A DNA stretch of 64,000 bases from a virus (Duplodnaviria; Caudoviricetes), in IMG/VR virus record IMGVR_UViG_3300013005_000037, positions 1-64,000 of that record; one strand, 5' to 3'. Numbering within the stretch: the stretch's first letter is position 1; each line of letters opens with the position of its first letter. Under the pieces are notes generated by a model. The model saw nothing but the letters and a program-made list of their open reading frames with translations. It did not search any database and was not told the origin of the DNA. Both the position numbers and the translations under genes were made by a program. Of the stretch, positions 19,440 through 28,453 are shown piece after piece.

Positions 19440-21149
19440 ATGAATTTAGATAGAATTAGTATAAAAATGGGTGGTGCAAATACATCGTATATGTCTTTAG
19501 CTAAAATTTCTGATTTTAGTAAGTTATATACAACTATCTTATTTATAGAAAAATCAAGTCCTCAAAAAATAAATACTGGAGATAGTATTCAAGCGTTTAA
19601 TTTTAAAAATATTGAACAATTTAAAGGATTAAGACCATTTAATGCTTATACGCAAGAACAATTGCTTTTTTTGTATAATCAATATGGTTCAGATTTTCTA
19701 TATCAAACAAAGCTTCATTCTGGGGATTTAGTTAGGTATAATGGATTGAAGTATGTAGTATTAGGTATTGTGGTAAACACATACGCACAATGGAATATGC
19801 CAACACCTTTGTTGTTTAATCCAACTAACGTAAATAACGATTACAAATCTTTATACGGAAGCAGATTAACCGAAGAACAAATTAACAATAAAATCAATGA
19901 TAATTTCCAAGCTGGAAAATATGATGCTGATATGGTTATTCCTTTGGTAGATGCAAATGATTTTTCAGAATACATAACTGTAATAGAGCCAAGACCAACA
20001 AAGGAAGAAGTAGAATTAATGTTTGATTCAGTTAAAGCAGAAAAAGACCTTACAATTAAATCTCAAAAGGATGTTTTTATTGATACTATGTTGCGTTTGA
20101 GAGGTAATGAAATAAATAAAATCAAAGAGGTTAATGAAGATTTATTTAAAGGTGTTCAAACTTTGTTATTGTCGGTAAATAAAGCGGTAAACGAGCAAAT
20201 AGAAATGCTACCAGAACCAGCAGTTGAAAAACCAGCAAGAAAACCAAGAGAGAAAAAAGTTGTTGAAGAAGTAGAGCCAGTTGTGGAAATAGATTCAGAT
20301 GAATTGCCAGATTTTATTGCTGAATTTACAATTGTAAAAGATTTGCCAGAGCCAATTATCAAATTAGCTCGTTTTAGAAGAAAAAAGCAAGGTAAAAGGG
20401 GAGATATTGATTTAGGACTTACATTAACAAGTGCTTTTAATTGGGATGATAGTTCAGAAGGTTTAAATTTTTGGATGAAAATATCAAATAAAGGCGATTT
20501 AAGAGAGTTCAAAAAACTTTATGGTAACAAAGGAGAAAAGGTTGATACATTAATTGCAAAAGAACCAAAAGTTACAACGCAAGAAGTTAAACGTGTAGAT
20601 ATAATTTTATATCCACCAGAGGGAGGGGTTTTAGAAATTAAAACAGATTGTTTGTATGAATTATTTGAGGTTAGTAGATTTGTTTTAACTAAATATAAAA
20701 GCACTACAAGAAAGTTTAATTTTCAAGTAATTACAGATTCTGGAAGTCATACAACAGAACTTTATTTTAGCGGAGATGATTCACAAGATGAATTTTTAAA
20801 ATCATTAGTTGAACGGTATTATACTTTTGTAAAGCCAGAATTAAACTGGAAAAATTTTGATGAAAGACAAGCTGATATTGATAAGATTAAATTAAACGAA
20901 GAAATTATAAATGATGCTTATCCAGAACCAAAACCAAAACCAGTTGAAAAACCAAAACCAGTAGCGGTAGAAAAACCAAAACCAGTTAAAATAGAAAAGC
21001 CAAAGCCAGTTAAGGTAGAGAAGCCAAAACCAGTTGTAGTTGAAAAGCCAAAACCAGTCAAGGTAGAAAAACCAAAACCAGTTAAAGTAACAAAACCAAA
21101 AGTGGAAGATGACCTTTCCTTTTTAGATGATTTAGACAATATATTTTAA
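19440..21149 (+). CDS. Multidomain protein with Pro/Lys-rich C-terminal repeats
   Basis: 569 aa; AFNWDDSSEGLNFW motif; (KPKPVxxE)n followed by an acidic aromatic tail. Confidence 0.75.
   Translation: MNLDRISIKMGGANTSYMSLAKISDFSKLYTTILFIEKSSPQKINTGDSIQAFNFKNIEQFKGLRPFNAYTQEQLLFLYNQYGSDFLYQTKLHSGDLVRYNGLKYVVLGIVVNTYAQWNMPTPLLFNPTNVNNDYKSLYGSRLTEEQINNKINDNFQAGKYDADMVIPLVDANDFSEYITVIEPRPTKEEVELMFDSVKAEKDLTIKSQKDVFIDTMLRLRGNEINKIKEVNEDLFKGVQTLLLSVNKAVNEQIEMLPEPAVEKPARKPREKKVVEEVEPVVEIDSDELPDFIAEFTIVKDLPEPIIKLARFRRKKQGKRGDIDLGLTLTSAFNWDDSSEGLNFWMKISNKGDLREFKKLYGNKGEKVDTLIAKEPKVTTQEVKRVDIILYPPEGGVLEIKTDCLYELFEVSRFVLTKYKSTTRKFNFQVITDSGSHTTELYFSGDDSQDEFLKSLVERYYTFVKPELNWKNFDERQADIDKIKLNEEIINDAYPEPKPKPVEKPKPVAVEKPKPVKIEKPKPVKVEKPKPVVVEKPKPVKVEKPKPVKVTKPKVEDDLSFLDDLDNIF
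20921..21100 (+). repeat. Imperfect 24-nt coding repeat (EKPKPVxx, about 6 units)
   Basis: Visible in both DNA and protein. Confidence 0.85.
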
Positions 21150-21160
21150 AAACAAAGATT

Positions 21161-23926
21161 ATGACTATTAAACAAAAATTCAGTTCAATTGACCAAAGCA
21201 AATTAACTGCCGACCAAAAATCATTTTTAGATAAAATTAAAAATGTAACAAAAAACTTTTCCGATGCTGAAATGAATAAAAAGGTGGAACAACCTTTGGA
21301 TAACTTTATTTCAAAAGCAAAAGAAAAAATGCCAGAAGCAATTAAGTCTGCTCCAGTAAAAAAAACTGCTAGTGCTAAACCAAGTCAAACCAGAAAACCA
21401 AAACGTACTGCAATGTCTTTGGCTAAAGAAATTCGTAAAGAAGGCGAAAGTTGGTCGGATGCAAGAGCAAGAGCAAGTAAAATGATGAAAGAAGATAGTA
21501 AGGATTTAAGCAAAACTGTTGAAACCGAACTTGACAAATTAAGTAAACTTGTAAAAAGTGCAAAAACAAGAGCTAAACTTGCTGGTATTTCTGGTACTGA
21601 TATTAAAAGAGATGCGGTAAGAAGGGCAAAACCAAGAGGTGCAAGAAAGGTAACTCACTCTGGAGAAACTTCTAATCAATATGGAACGTTTAGTAATAAG
21701 CTAGGTAGAAAATACTACGAGAGTAGAGATAGGCACTCTGATAGACTTGCTCCAAATTATCCAAAAAATGCTCCTTTGTTAGAAAATGGTGCGTATTTGA
21801 CAGACCCTACATTTGGTAGTTTTCAAAATCAAGTTTTAGCCGAAGGTGGAGATATTAATGCCTTTACTTTAAGAATGGTAAAAAGCAATGGTATGCAACC
21901 AGCGGAAGTTTTGAAAGAAGATACAAATGTAAAATATGCTGGTGGTGGAATATTTGGAAGTAGCAGACCAAAGTCAGCTTTAATGAGAGATAGAAAAAAT
22001 GTAAATCATTCAGAAGATTATGAAGTAAGATATTCTAAACCAAGACCAAGTAGAAGTGGTTATAGCGGTAATAGAAAATTTGCTGGAGGAGGTAGAGTAG
22101 AATCTTTAACTAAAGAATTGCATAAACTTCAAAGAGAGCTTAATAGCAGTCGTTTAAGTACTTATATAGAAGGAGATGTTTCACAAGAAGCTATTAATAG
22201 AGAAAATGAAAGAGCAGTAAAACTTGCTCGTTTTAATGAAGTTTTGAAAGAATTAAGAGAATCAGATGCAAAATTTGCATTAGGTGGAACTGTTGTTTCA
22301 GATTTAGCTGGACACACTGCTGGTGGCGATGGAGGTTTAAATGCTGGTATGCCTTTAGATGGTTTTAGCAATACTTCTTATACTGGATTAGTTGGAGAAA
22401 CTGGTGCGATGTCAAGTGGAGAAATGTTTATGGCTGGTGGTTCTGTTAATCCAAAATTTGATTTAACTGGTTTTAAAATGTTGAGAATGTTTAAAACTTT
22501 AATTGAAGCAAAAAATTATGCCGATGAATCAAGAAAAAAATTTCCTAATGAAAAAACAATAGTAATTGATACTGGTAAAGACACCTATCCTTATGAAGTT
22601 TACGGAACTGAATCTTTTAATAAAGGCAAATTTGGTAACAGAGTTTATGCAAATGGTGGTGGACTTCCAGAATTTTCACAACAATCTTATATGATTACAG
22701 AAGCATTAGGAAACCCAGCACAACATTTTAAAGTTGGAGGTACAATAAAAAATCAATATGATGGAAGAACGCCAGAAGATATTTGGGATAGTTTAAGTAT
22801 TCAACAAAGAAAGCATTTTTTATTAGACCATTACTATATTAATGAAGAAGAATTTGAGCAACTTCAATATAAGCGTTTAGAATCAGAAGATAAAGAAATT
22901 ATTGATTATTACGCTAATAGAACTTGGAAAAAATTATCTGGAGATGTTAGAAAAGCATTTACTTCTCACGTTAAAGAAGGTCAATATAATAAAGGCGGTG
23001 CATTAACAAACGAAAGATTACACGTTAACCACGATGAAGATTACGAAGTAAGATACGCTAAACCAAGACCAAGTAGAAAAGGTTACAAAGGAGTAAGAAA
23101 ATTTATGGCTGGAGGAATGAACGAAAACACACCAAGAATTTACGTTGCTGATTTAGAAGCCTACAATAGCGGAAGATTAGTTGGAGAATGGTTGGATTTA
23201 GCTGACTATAACGATGCTGATGAATTAATGGATGCTATTCAAAATTTATTAGATGGTTGGGGAGTTGAGGAATATGCTATTCACGATGTTGAGTATGTAC
23301 CAAGCAGTATGTATTCAGAATATATGGGCGAAAGAGATTTTAAACAATTATATGAAATGATGGATTTAGCAAAAGATAACAATTTGCCATTAGAAGTAGT
23401 TCAAGAAATTGTTAGTCAATATAGCGAAAGTGCAGTTGATGAATTTCAAGGGAAATACGATAGCGCAACTGATTTTGCTGAACAATTAGTAGATGATTTA
23501 GGTGGTATTCAAAACTTTAATGATTTTGAGTATTATTTAGATATTTATGAAACTGATAGAAGATTATTAGCGCAAGAAATGGCTGATAGCTATGTAGATG
23601 ATATTGTAGGCGAAGATGGCGGAAATAGAATAATTGAGGAAGCTGGTTTAAATGTTGACGAGTACGAAGATGCAAGTGAGGAAACTAAAGAAGAATTGAT
23701 TGATTTGGCAAGAAGTATGGTTTATGATGAATATTACGATACTTGGTACGAAGGATTAAATGACCCTTATAACTTTTTAGTAGAAGAACAAGGAATGTAT
23801 GATGCTGAAAGTTTTGCCAACGCAAGTTTTGTAAGAGTTGATTATGATAAATTAGCAGAAGCATTAGAGCAAGATTATACTATGATTAGCTACGATGGAG
23901 ATGTTTATGTGTTTAATATTAGATAA
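21161..23926 (+). CDS. Polyvalent/polyprotein-like protein with C-terminal ArdA anti-restriction domain
   Basis: After FMAGG: MNENTPRIYVADLEAYNSGRLVGEWLDL...EEYAIHD, strongly acidic (23117-23926); nine hydrophobic-x-x-GG motifs. Confidence 0.85.
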   Translation: MTIKQKFSSIDQSKLTADQKSFLDKIKNVTKNFSDAEMNKKVEQPLDNFISKAKEKMPEAIKSAPVKKTASAKPSQTRKPKRTAMSLAKEIRKEGESWSDARARASKMMKEDSKDLSKTVETELDKLSKLVKSAKTRAKLAGISGTDIKRDAVRRAKPRGARKVTHSGETSNQYGTFSNKLGRKYYESRDRHSDRLAPNYPKNAPLLENGAYLTDPTFGSFQNQVLAEGGDINAFTLRMVKSNGMQPAEVLKEDTNVKYAGGGIFGSSRPKSALMRDRKNVNHSEDYEVRYSKPRPSRSGYSGNRKFAGGGRVESLTKELHKLQRELNSSRLSTYIEGDVSQEAINRENERAVKLARFNEVLKELRESDAKFALGGTVVSDLAGHTAGGDGGLNAGMPLDGFSNTSYTGLVGETGAMSSGEMFMAGGSVNPKFDLTGFKMLRMFKTLIEAKNYADESRKKFPNEKTIVIDTGKDTYPYEVYGTESFNKGKFGNRVYANGGGLPEFSQQSYMITEALGNPAQHFKVGGTIKNQYDGRTPEDIWDSLSIQQRKHFLLDHYYINEEEFEQLQYKRLESEDKEIIDYYANRTWKKLSGDVRKAFTSHVKEGQYNKGGALTNERLHVNHDEDYEVRYAKPRPSRKGYKGVRKFMAGGMNENTPRIYVADLEAYNSGRLVGEWLDLADYNDADELMDAIQNLLDGWGVEEYAIHDVEYVPSSMYSEYMGERDFKQLYEMMDLAKDNNLPLEVVQEIVSQYSESAVDEFQGKYDSATDFAEQLVDDLGGIQNFNDFEYYLDIYETDRRLLAQEMADSYVDDIVGEDGGNRIIEEAGLNVDEYEDASEETKEELIDLARSMVYDEYYDTWYEGLNDPYNFLVEEQGMYDAESFANASFVRVDYDKLAEALEQDYTMISYDGDVYVFNIR

Positions 23927-23934
23927 TTAAAAGT

Positions 23935-25137
23935 ATGAAAGAGATTAAAAAAAGTGCCAGTTTTACAAGTAAGCAAAAAGGTAAAGATGTAAAATTCAAT
24001 ATTGATTTGAATTATAGTCCAGAATACGATAGTTTTATTATTAAAATAAAAGAGGGCGAAGGATTTATGGCTTATAGTTCAAATATTGAACGTATGCCTT
24101 TAAAGGTAATTCAAAAGCTAAATGAAATGCTGGAAGAAGTTTTGATTAAAGCTGGTTCTGAAACAGAAATGGAAAAACAAAAAATGTCAAATGGTGGCGA
24201 TTTCCAAGCTGGGGTTTATGCTAAAGGCGGTTCGCTTCAAGCACACGGAATTGAAATAGGAGATACATTTGTAAAAACTATTTCTGGAAACATTCAGAAA
24301 ATAAAAGATAAAAACGGAAAAATTGTTTACGTTGATTTATCTACTGGAGAAAGAGATTCACAACCACCACTACCTTTTGAAAATGGTGGTGGAATTGGTA
24401 TGGAAGAAGATAAAGATACTTGGCAAAATTTATTAGAGCAATTTGGATTCAAAAAGGGTCGAAGTAGGTATGGTTTAGATATGTATTATAAGAATGGTTA
24501 TACTGCTTCTGTTGATAAAAATTTAAGAAACGTTGATTTAATGTTTGAAGATAATGTTCTTTACAAAGGATATAGTATTCAAGGTTTATTATATACGTTA
24601 GAAAATCAATTTGGAAAAACCAAAATGGCTACTGGAGGTGCGTTAGTAGGAAACCAAAAGCGTATTGATATGAACAAAAATGGTAAAATTGATGCAGAGG
24701 ATTTTAAACTTTTGCGTTCTAGTATGAATGGTGCGTGGAGAAACGAAAGGAAACACGTTAATCATAATGAAGATTACGAAGTACGTTATGCCAGAAAAAA
24801 ACCAAGCCGAACTGGTTACAAAGGTAAAAGGAAATTTGAAGGTGGCGGTGGAATATCAAACTTTGAAAGATTTTCAAACGTAGTAGCCAAGAATTACGAA
24901 GGAAAGTCAGTTAAACCAAAGTACCAAAAAGAGTATGGCAAAACGTATAGTAAGTCAGAAGCTAAACAAGTTGGTAATAGGGTAGCTGGAAAAGTTAAAA
25001 TGATGAAAAAAGCTGAATCTGGTGCAGAAGTAAAAAAAGGCAATAGAGGTGGAGTTATGGTTTTAGCTAAAAAAATTCGTAAGGATGGAGAGAGCTGGAA
25101 GGATGCTTTGAAAAGAGCTGGACAACAACTGAAATAA
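23935..25137 (+). CDS. Basic repeat-containing protein sharing modules with the ArdA polyprotein
   Basis: Five hydrophobic-x-x-GG motifs; NHNEDYEVRY and LAKKIRKDGESW modules; DMNKNGKIDAED EF-hand-like loop. Confidence 0.8.
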   Translation: MKEIKKSASFTSKQKGKDVKFNIDLNYSPEYDSFIIKIKEGEGFMAYSSNIERMPLKVIQKLNEMLEEVLIKAGSETEMEKQKMSNGGDFQAGVYAKGGSLQAHGIEIGDTFVKTISGNIQKIKDKNGKIVYVDLSTGERDSQPPLPFENGGGIGMEEDKDTWQNLLEQFGFKKGRSRYGLDMYYKNGYTASVDKNLRNVDLMFEDNVLYKGYSIQGLLYTLENQFGKTKMATGGALVGNQKRIDMNKNGKIDAEDFKLLRSSMNGAWRNERKHVNHNEDYEVRYARKKPSRTGYKGKRKFEGGGGISNFERFSNVVAKNYEGKSVKPKYQKEYGKTYSKSEAKQVGNRVAGKVKMMKKAESGAEVKKGNRGGVMVLAKKIRKDGESWKDALKRAGQQLK

Positions 25138-25180
25138 TTAAAAACTAGGCATTTATTTAATATTACTAATAATAATTTTT

Positions 25181-25188
25181 TATATTTG
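25181..25188 (+). promoter_or_regulatory. -7 promoter box at the start of the morphogenesis region
   Basis: TATATTTG. Confidence 0.7.
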
Positions 25189-25220
25189 TGCAGTAAATCA
25201 AACTTAATAATATAAACACT

Positions 25221-25634
25221 ATGGGAAAAATTGAAATTTTATTAGAAAAATTAGACAACACAATAACATCTTCTTTGGCTAAAAGATTAGATACATTAGA
25301 TGATTTAAGTGAAAAACTTGAAGCTTCTGGAGAGGATTATGAAAAAAATCCATCGGATGAAAACAGAGATAGTTACAATGAAGTAATTGACTATGTTGAA
25401 AAAATGGAGAATGGTATTATACGAGATTTAGAAGCGTTATTAGACAAAAGAAAAGCGGAGGAATTAGCTAAACAAACACCAGCAACACCACCAGCACCAG
25501 AAACACCACCAGTAAACCCAACCCCACCAAGTAGTGAGGAGAAAAAAGAAGGTTCTGGAATTTTGACTTTGGTTGTGGGTAGTGTTTTATTAGTTGCAAG
25601 TTTGGGGGCAATTAATTACTTCCGAAAACAATAG
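25221..25634 (+). CDS. C-terminally anchored membrane protein
   Basis: Acidic helical domain, Pro-rich linker, TM followed by RKQ. Confidence 0.8.
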   Translation: MGKIEILLEKLDNTITSSLAKRLDTLDDLSEKLEASGEDYEKNPSDENRDSYNEVIDYVEKMENGIIRDLEALLDKRKAEELAKQTPATPPAPETPPVNPTPPSSEEKKEGSGILTLVVGSVLLVASLGAINYFRKQ

Positions 25635-25668
25635 TAAACAATAATTAATAAGTTAAAAATTAAAAAAA

Positions 25669-26007
25669 ATGGTAAACAAAAAAGTAATTTACGGAGTTGG
25701 AGCAGTAGTTGTATTAGGCGTAGCTTATTATGCAATGAAAAAAAAGAAAGGATTACCTAGTTCTTCAAGTAATGTTCCAGCAGTTTTGGCAAAAAACAAT
25801 TATCCAGTTAGTTTGAGTGGAGATACACAAGGTAGTGTTTGGATAGTTATTGATGGAAAAAAATATGCGGTTGGAGGTACACAAGCTCTAATTGATTATG
25901 GTCTTGACCCAGCAAAATATCCATACACAGTACTAACACAAGCCGAGTTAGATGCAATACCAACTGACGGACAAATTAATCTAAAAGGCGTAATTCAAAA
26001 ATATTAA
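25669..26007 (+). CDS. N-terminally anchored membrane protein
   Basis: TM followed by KKKK and a small beta domain. Confidence 0.75.
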   Translation: MVNKKVIYGVGAVVVLGVAYYAMKKKKGLPSSSSNVPAVLAKNNYPVSLSGDTQGSVWIVIDGKKYAVGGTQALIDYGLDPAKYPYTVLTQAELDAIPTDGQINLKGVIQKY

Positions 26008-26019
26008 ATTATTTTATAA

Positions 26020-26313
26020 TTGGCTTATAAAATTTTACCATATAGCTTTAGAAAGGCAAAGGACTTGGGGGTGGAAATAAAACCATCCTCAAATGTCCTT
26101 AAAAAAATTGATGTCTATAAAAAGGGTAAAAAAGTTGCTTCAATAGGTGCAAAAGGTATGAATGATTACCCAACTTATCTAGCAAAAGAAAAAAAAGGGT
26201 ACTATGAAAAAGGGTACGCTAATAAAAGAAGAAAATTGTATAAAGACCGACACGAAAAAGACAGACACGTTTTAGGTAGTGCTGGTTATTATGCGGATAA
26301 AATTTTATGGTAA
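26020..26313 (+). CDS. Basic conserved viral protein (DUF5754-like)
   Basis: KKIDV...IGAKGMNDY...RRKLYKDRH...SAGYYADKILW; TTG start. Confidence 0.65.
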   Translation: MAYKILPYSFRKAKDLGVEIKPSSNVLKKIDVYKKGKKVASIGAKGMNDYPTYLAKEKKGYYEKGYANKRRKLYKDRHEKDRHVLGSAGYYADKILW

Positions 26314-26481
26314 ATGGCAAATAAAAAGAAAATAATATTAATATCAACCGCTATTATATTAGCAGTAGGTGGGTTTGCAATTACGCAATGGTGGATAAAA
26401 AGAGTAACAAGGATTAGAGGTGGTATTGTTGTTAAACAAGAATATACAGAGCCTACTAATACAGAACCTTTAACAGAATAA
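26314..26481 (+). CDS. Small N-anchored membrane protein (55 aa)
   Basis: Manually translated MANKKKIILISTAIILAVGGFAITQWWIKR... Confidence 0.7.
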   Translation: MANKKKIILISTAIILAVGGFAITQWWIKRVTRIRGGIVVKQEYTEPTNTEPLTE

Positions 26482-26483
26482 TT

Positions 26484-27197
26484 ATGTTTAGTAAAGTTAT
26501 AATTACATATCCAGATTTGAATAGAAGTTACGCTGAAAGTAAAAGCGTAAACTACTCTCAACCAAATATTATAAGAGGAAACACCGCTTTATTAAAATCT
26601 ATTTTTTTAACAAATAAAACTTCTATAAAAAAATGGGGTACTATTTTTGAAATAGATGATTCTATTATAGCTAATTTTATAACTGCTGAAAGTGGTGGTA
26701 AAGATTTAGCTCCTAGAGGTTCTGCTCAAATTACTGGCTTAATGCAAGTTTCAACAGACACAGTTTGGGAAGTTTTAGCTAAATGGAAGTCAATGACTGG
26801 TTCTGATTTACCTTTGGAAGCAAAGGCTTATTTTGAAAAAGTATTACCAGAAATTAAAAATTTCAATCCAAATGTTTTACCTAATTCTACTTTGAAAAAT
26901 AAAATAGCAAATCTTTTGTTTAAAAATAGAGAGTTTAGTATTGCTATTGGTACTGCAAATATTAGATGGTTGCTTGAAGCTTACTCTAACGGTGTTACTT
27001 CTCCTATCAACAAGGTTATGGTTGGGTATAATGCTGGATATTATGGAACAAAAGCAAAAATGAAAGGCAGTCCTACTACTTTAACTTTAGTAAGCAACAA
27101 ATCATTGCCTTTAGAAAGTAGAAATTATCTTTTGAAGATGCTAGGGAAAGATGGATTTATTCAATTGTTTTTTGATAATAAAATGAACCTTTTGTAA
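26484..27197 (+). CDS. Lytic transglycosylase (SLT-like)
   Basis: ITAESGG (catalytic Glu), GLMQV, GYNAG motifs. Confidence 0.85.
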   Translation: MFSKVIITYPDLNRSYAESKSVNYSQPNIIRGNTALLKSIFLTNKTSIKKWGTIFEIDDSIIANFITAESGGKDLAPRGSAQITGLMQVSTDTVWEVLAKWKSMTGSDLPLEAKAYFEKVLPEIKNFNPNVLPNSTLKNKIANLLFKNREFSIAIGTANIRWLLEAYSNGVTSPINKVMVGYNAGYYGTKAKMKGSPTTLTLVSNKSLPLESRNYLLKMLGKDGFIQLFFDNKMNLL

Positions 27198-27198
27198 T

Positions 27199-27885
27199 AT
27201 GGCAAAATATACTAATATAATTAGTTTTATTAAAGACAAAGAGGGTGGATTAAGTTCCGCAACTACCGATACTGCAAGTAGAAATCCTTCTAATTGTGGC
27301 AATGGTTCAAATGGAAAACCCTATCATACTAACAAAGGCGTTACTTGGACTACATTTAAAGGATTATCAAACAAATTAGGGTATTCAGCAAGTTGTGAAA
27401 ACTTTATAAAAATGCCAAACGATATTTGGGGTAAAATTTACAAGGAAGGATATTGGAATCCAATTCAAGGCGATAGAATAAAAAATCAAGCTATTGCAAA
27501 CACATTTGTAGAAATGGCGTATATGAGTGGAGTTGGAAGTAATACTTCAACAAGGGGCGCAATACCTTATCTAAAAAACTTTTTTAAATCAAAATACAAC
27601 AAAAGTTTTGACAACATTACTCAAATTGTAGATTACGTTAATGAATTAGATGATAAAGGACAAACACCAGAATTATTTGAAAAACTTATTGACTTTAGAA
27701 AAAGCTTATATACTTCATTTAATCAACCATCTAATATAAAAGGATGGATTAATCGTTTGGATGCTTTTTATGTTTTTAACAAGCCTTACGCATTATCAAC
27801 TGCTACAAAATCAAGTATTGCGGTTGGAATTTTATTAATTGTTGCTGGAGCAACATTATATTATAAATATGGTAGAACTAAATAG
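27199..27885 (+). CDS. GH108-like lysozyme with C-terminal TM
   Basis: FIKDKEGG, TNKGVT, YKEGYW, GWINRL; hydrophobic C-terminus. Confidence 0.8.
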   Translation: MAKYTNIISFIKDKEGGLSSATTDTASRNPSNCGNGSNGKPYHTNKGVTWTTFKGLSNKLGYSASCENFIKMPNDIWGKIYKEGYWNPIQGDRIKNQAIANTFVEMAYMSGVGSNTSTRGAIPYLKNFFKSKYNKSFDNITQIVDYVNELDDKGQTPELFEKLIDFRKSLYTSFNQPSNIKGWINRLDAFYVFNKPYALSTATKSSIAVGILLIVAGATLYYKYGRTK

Positions 27886-28033
27886 TGCGGAAAAACAAGA
27901 AGTAAAACAAGAGGTAAATTCTCAATTACATAAACACCTATCTACAATTTTTGTTGTGGTAGGCATTGTGTCTTTTACTTTAGGAGCAATAGTAAATTAC
28001 TATACAATTAGAAGATTAAACGGTAAAGCATAA
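27869..28033 (+). CDS. Small membrane protein (start revised from 27839)
   Basis: MVELNSAEKQ..., one TM. Confidence 0.7.
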   Translation: MVELNSAEKQEVKQEVNSQLHKHLSTIFVVVGIVSFTLGAIVNYYTIRRLNGKA

Positions 28034-28452
28034 TGGAAATAAGTGGCAAAATATTAGACAGTACAAACGAACCGTTATATTTGGCTAACATTACTATTAT
28101 AACTGGAAGTCAAACCAATAAATTTGGAACAGTTGCAAATGAAAATGGAGAATTTAAGTTAGATGGAGATATTATAAACGCAGATTCACAATTTAAAATT
28201 AGCTATCAAGGTTTTAGACCTCAATTTTTTAGAGCAAGTGAATTACAAGGTAGAACAATAAAACTAGAGGAAGATATAGTTGGACTAGGGGAAGTAATTA
28301 TACGACCAAAAGAAAAACCAAAAAATATAATTGCATTAAAGCAAGACAACAACATAAAACAACATTTACAAAAGCATAAAATTGCTTACGCTGGATTAGG
28401 AAGTATAGTAGCAGTAGCACTAATAGCAATATCAATTAAAAAATTAAAATAA
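28033..28452 (+). CDS. CarboxypepD_reg-like domain protein with C-terminal TM
   Basis: ISGKILDSTNEPL...GTVANENGEFKL...ISYQGF...LGEVII, a Bacteroidota TonB-receptor-type N-domain. Confidence 0.85.
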   Translation: MEISGKILDSTNEPLYLANITIITGSQTNKFGTVANENGEFKLDGDIINADSQFKISYQGFRPQFFRASELQGRTIKLEEDIVGLGEVIIRPKEKPKNIIALKQDNNIKQHLQKHKIAYAGLGSIVAVALIAISIKKLK

Positions 28453-28453
28453 A

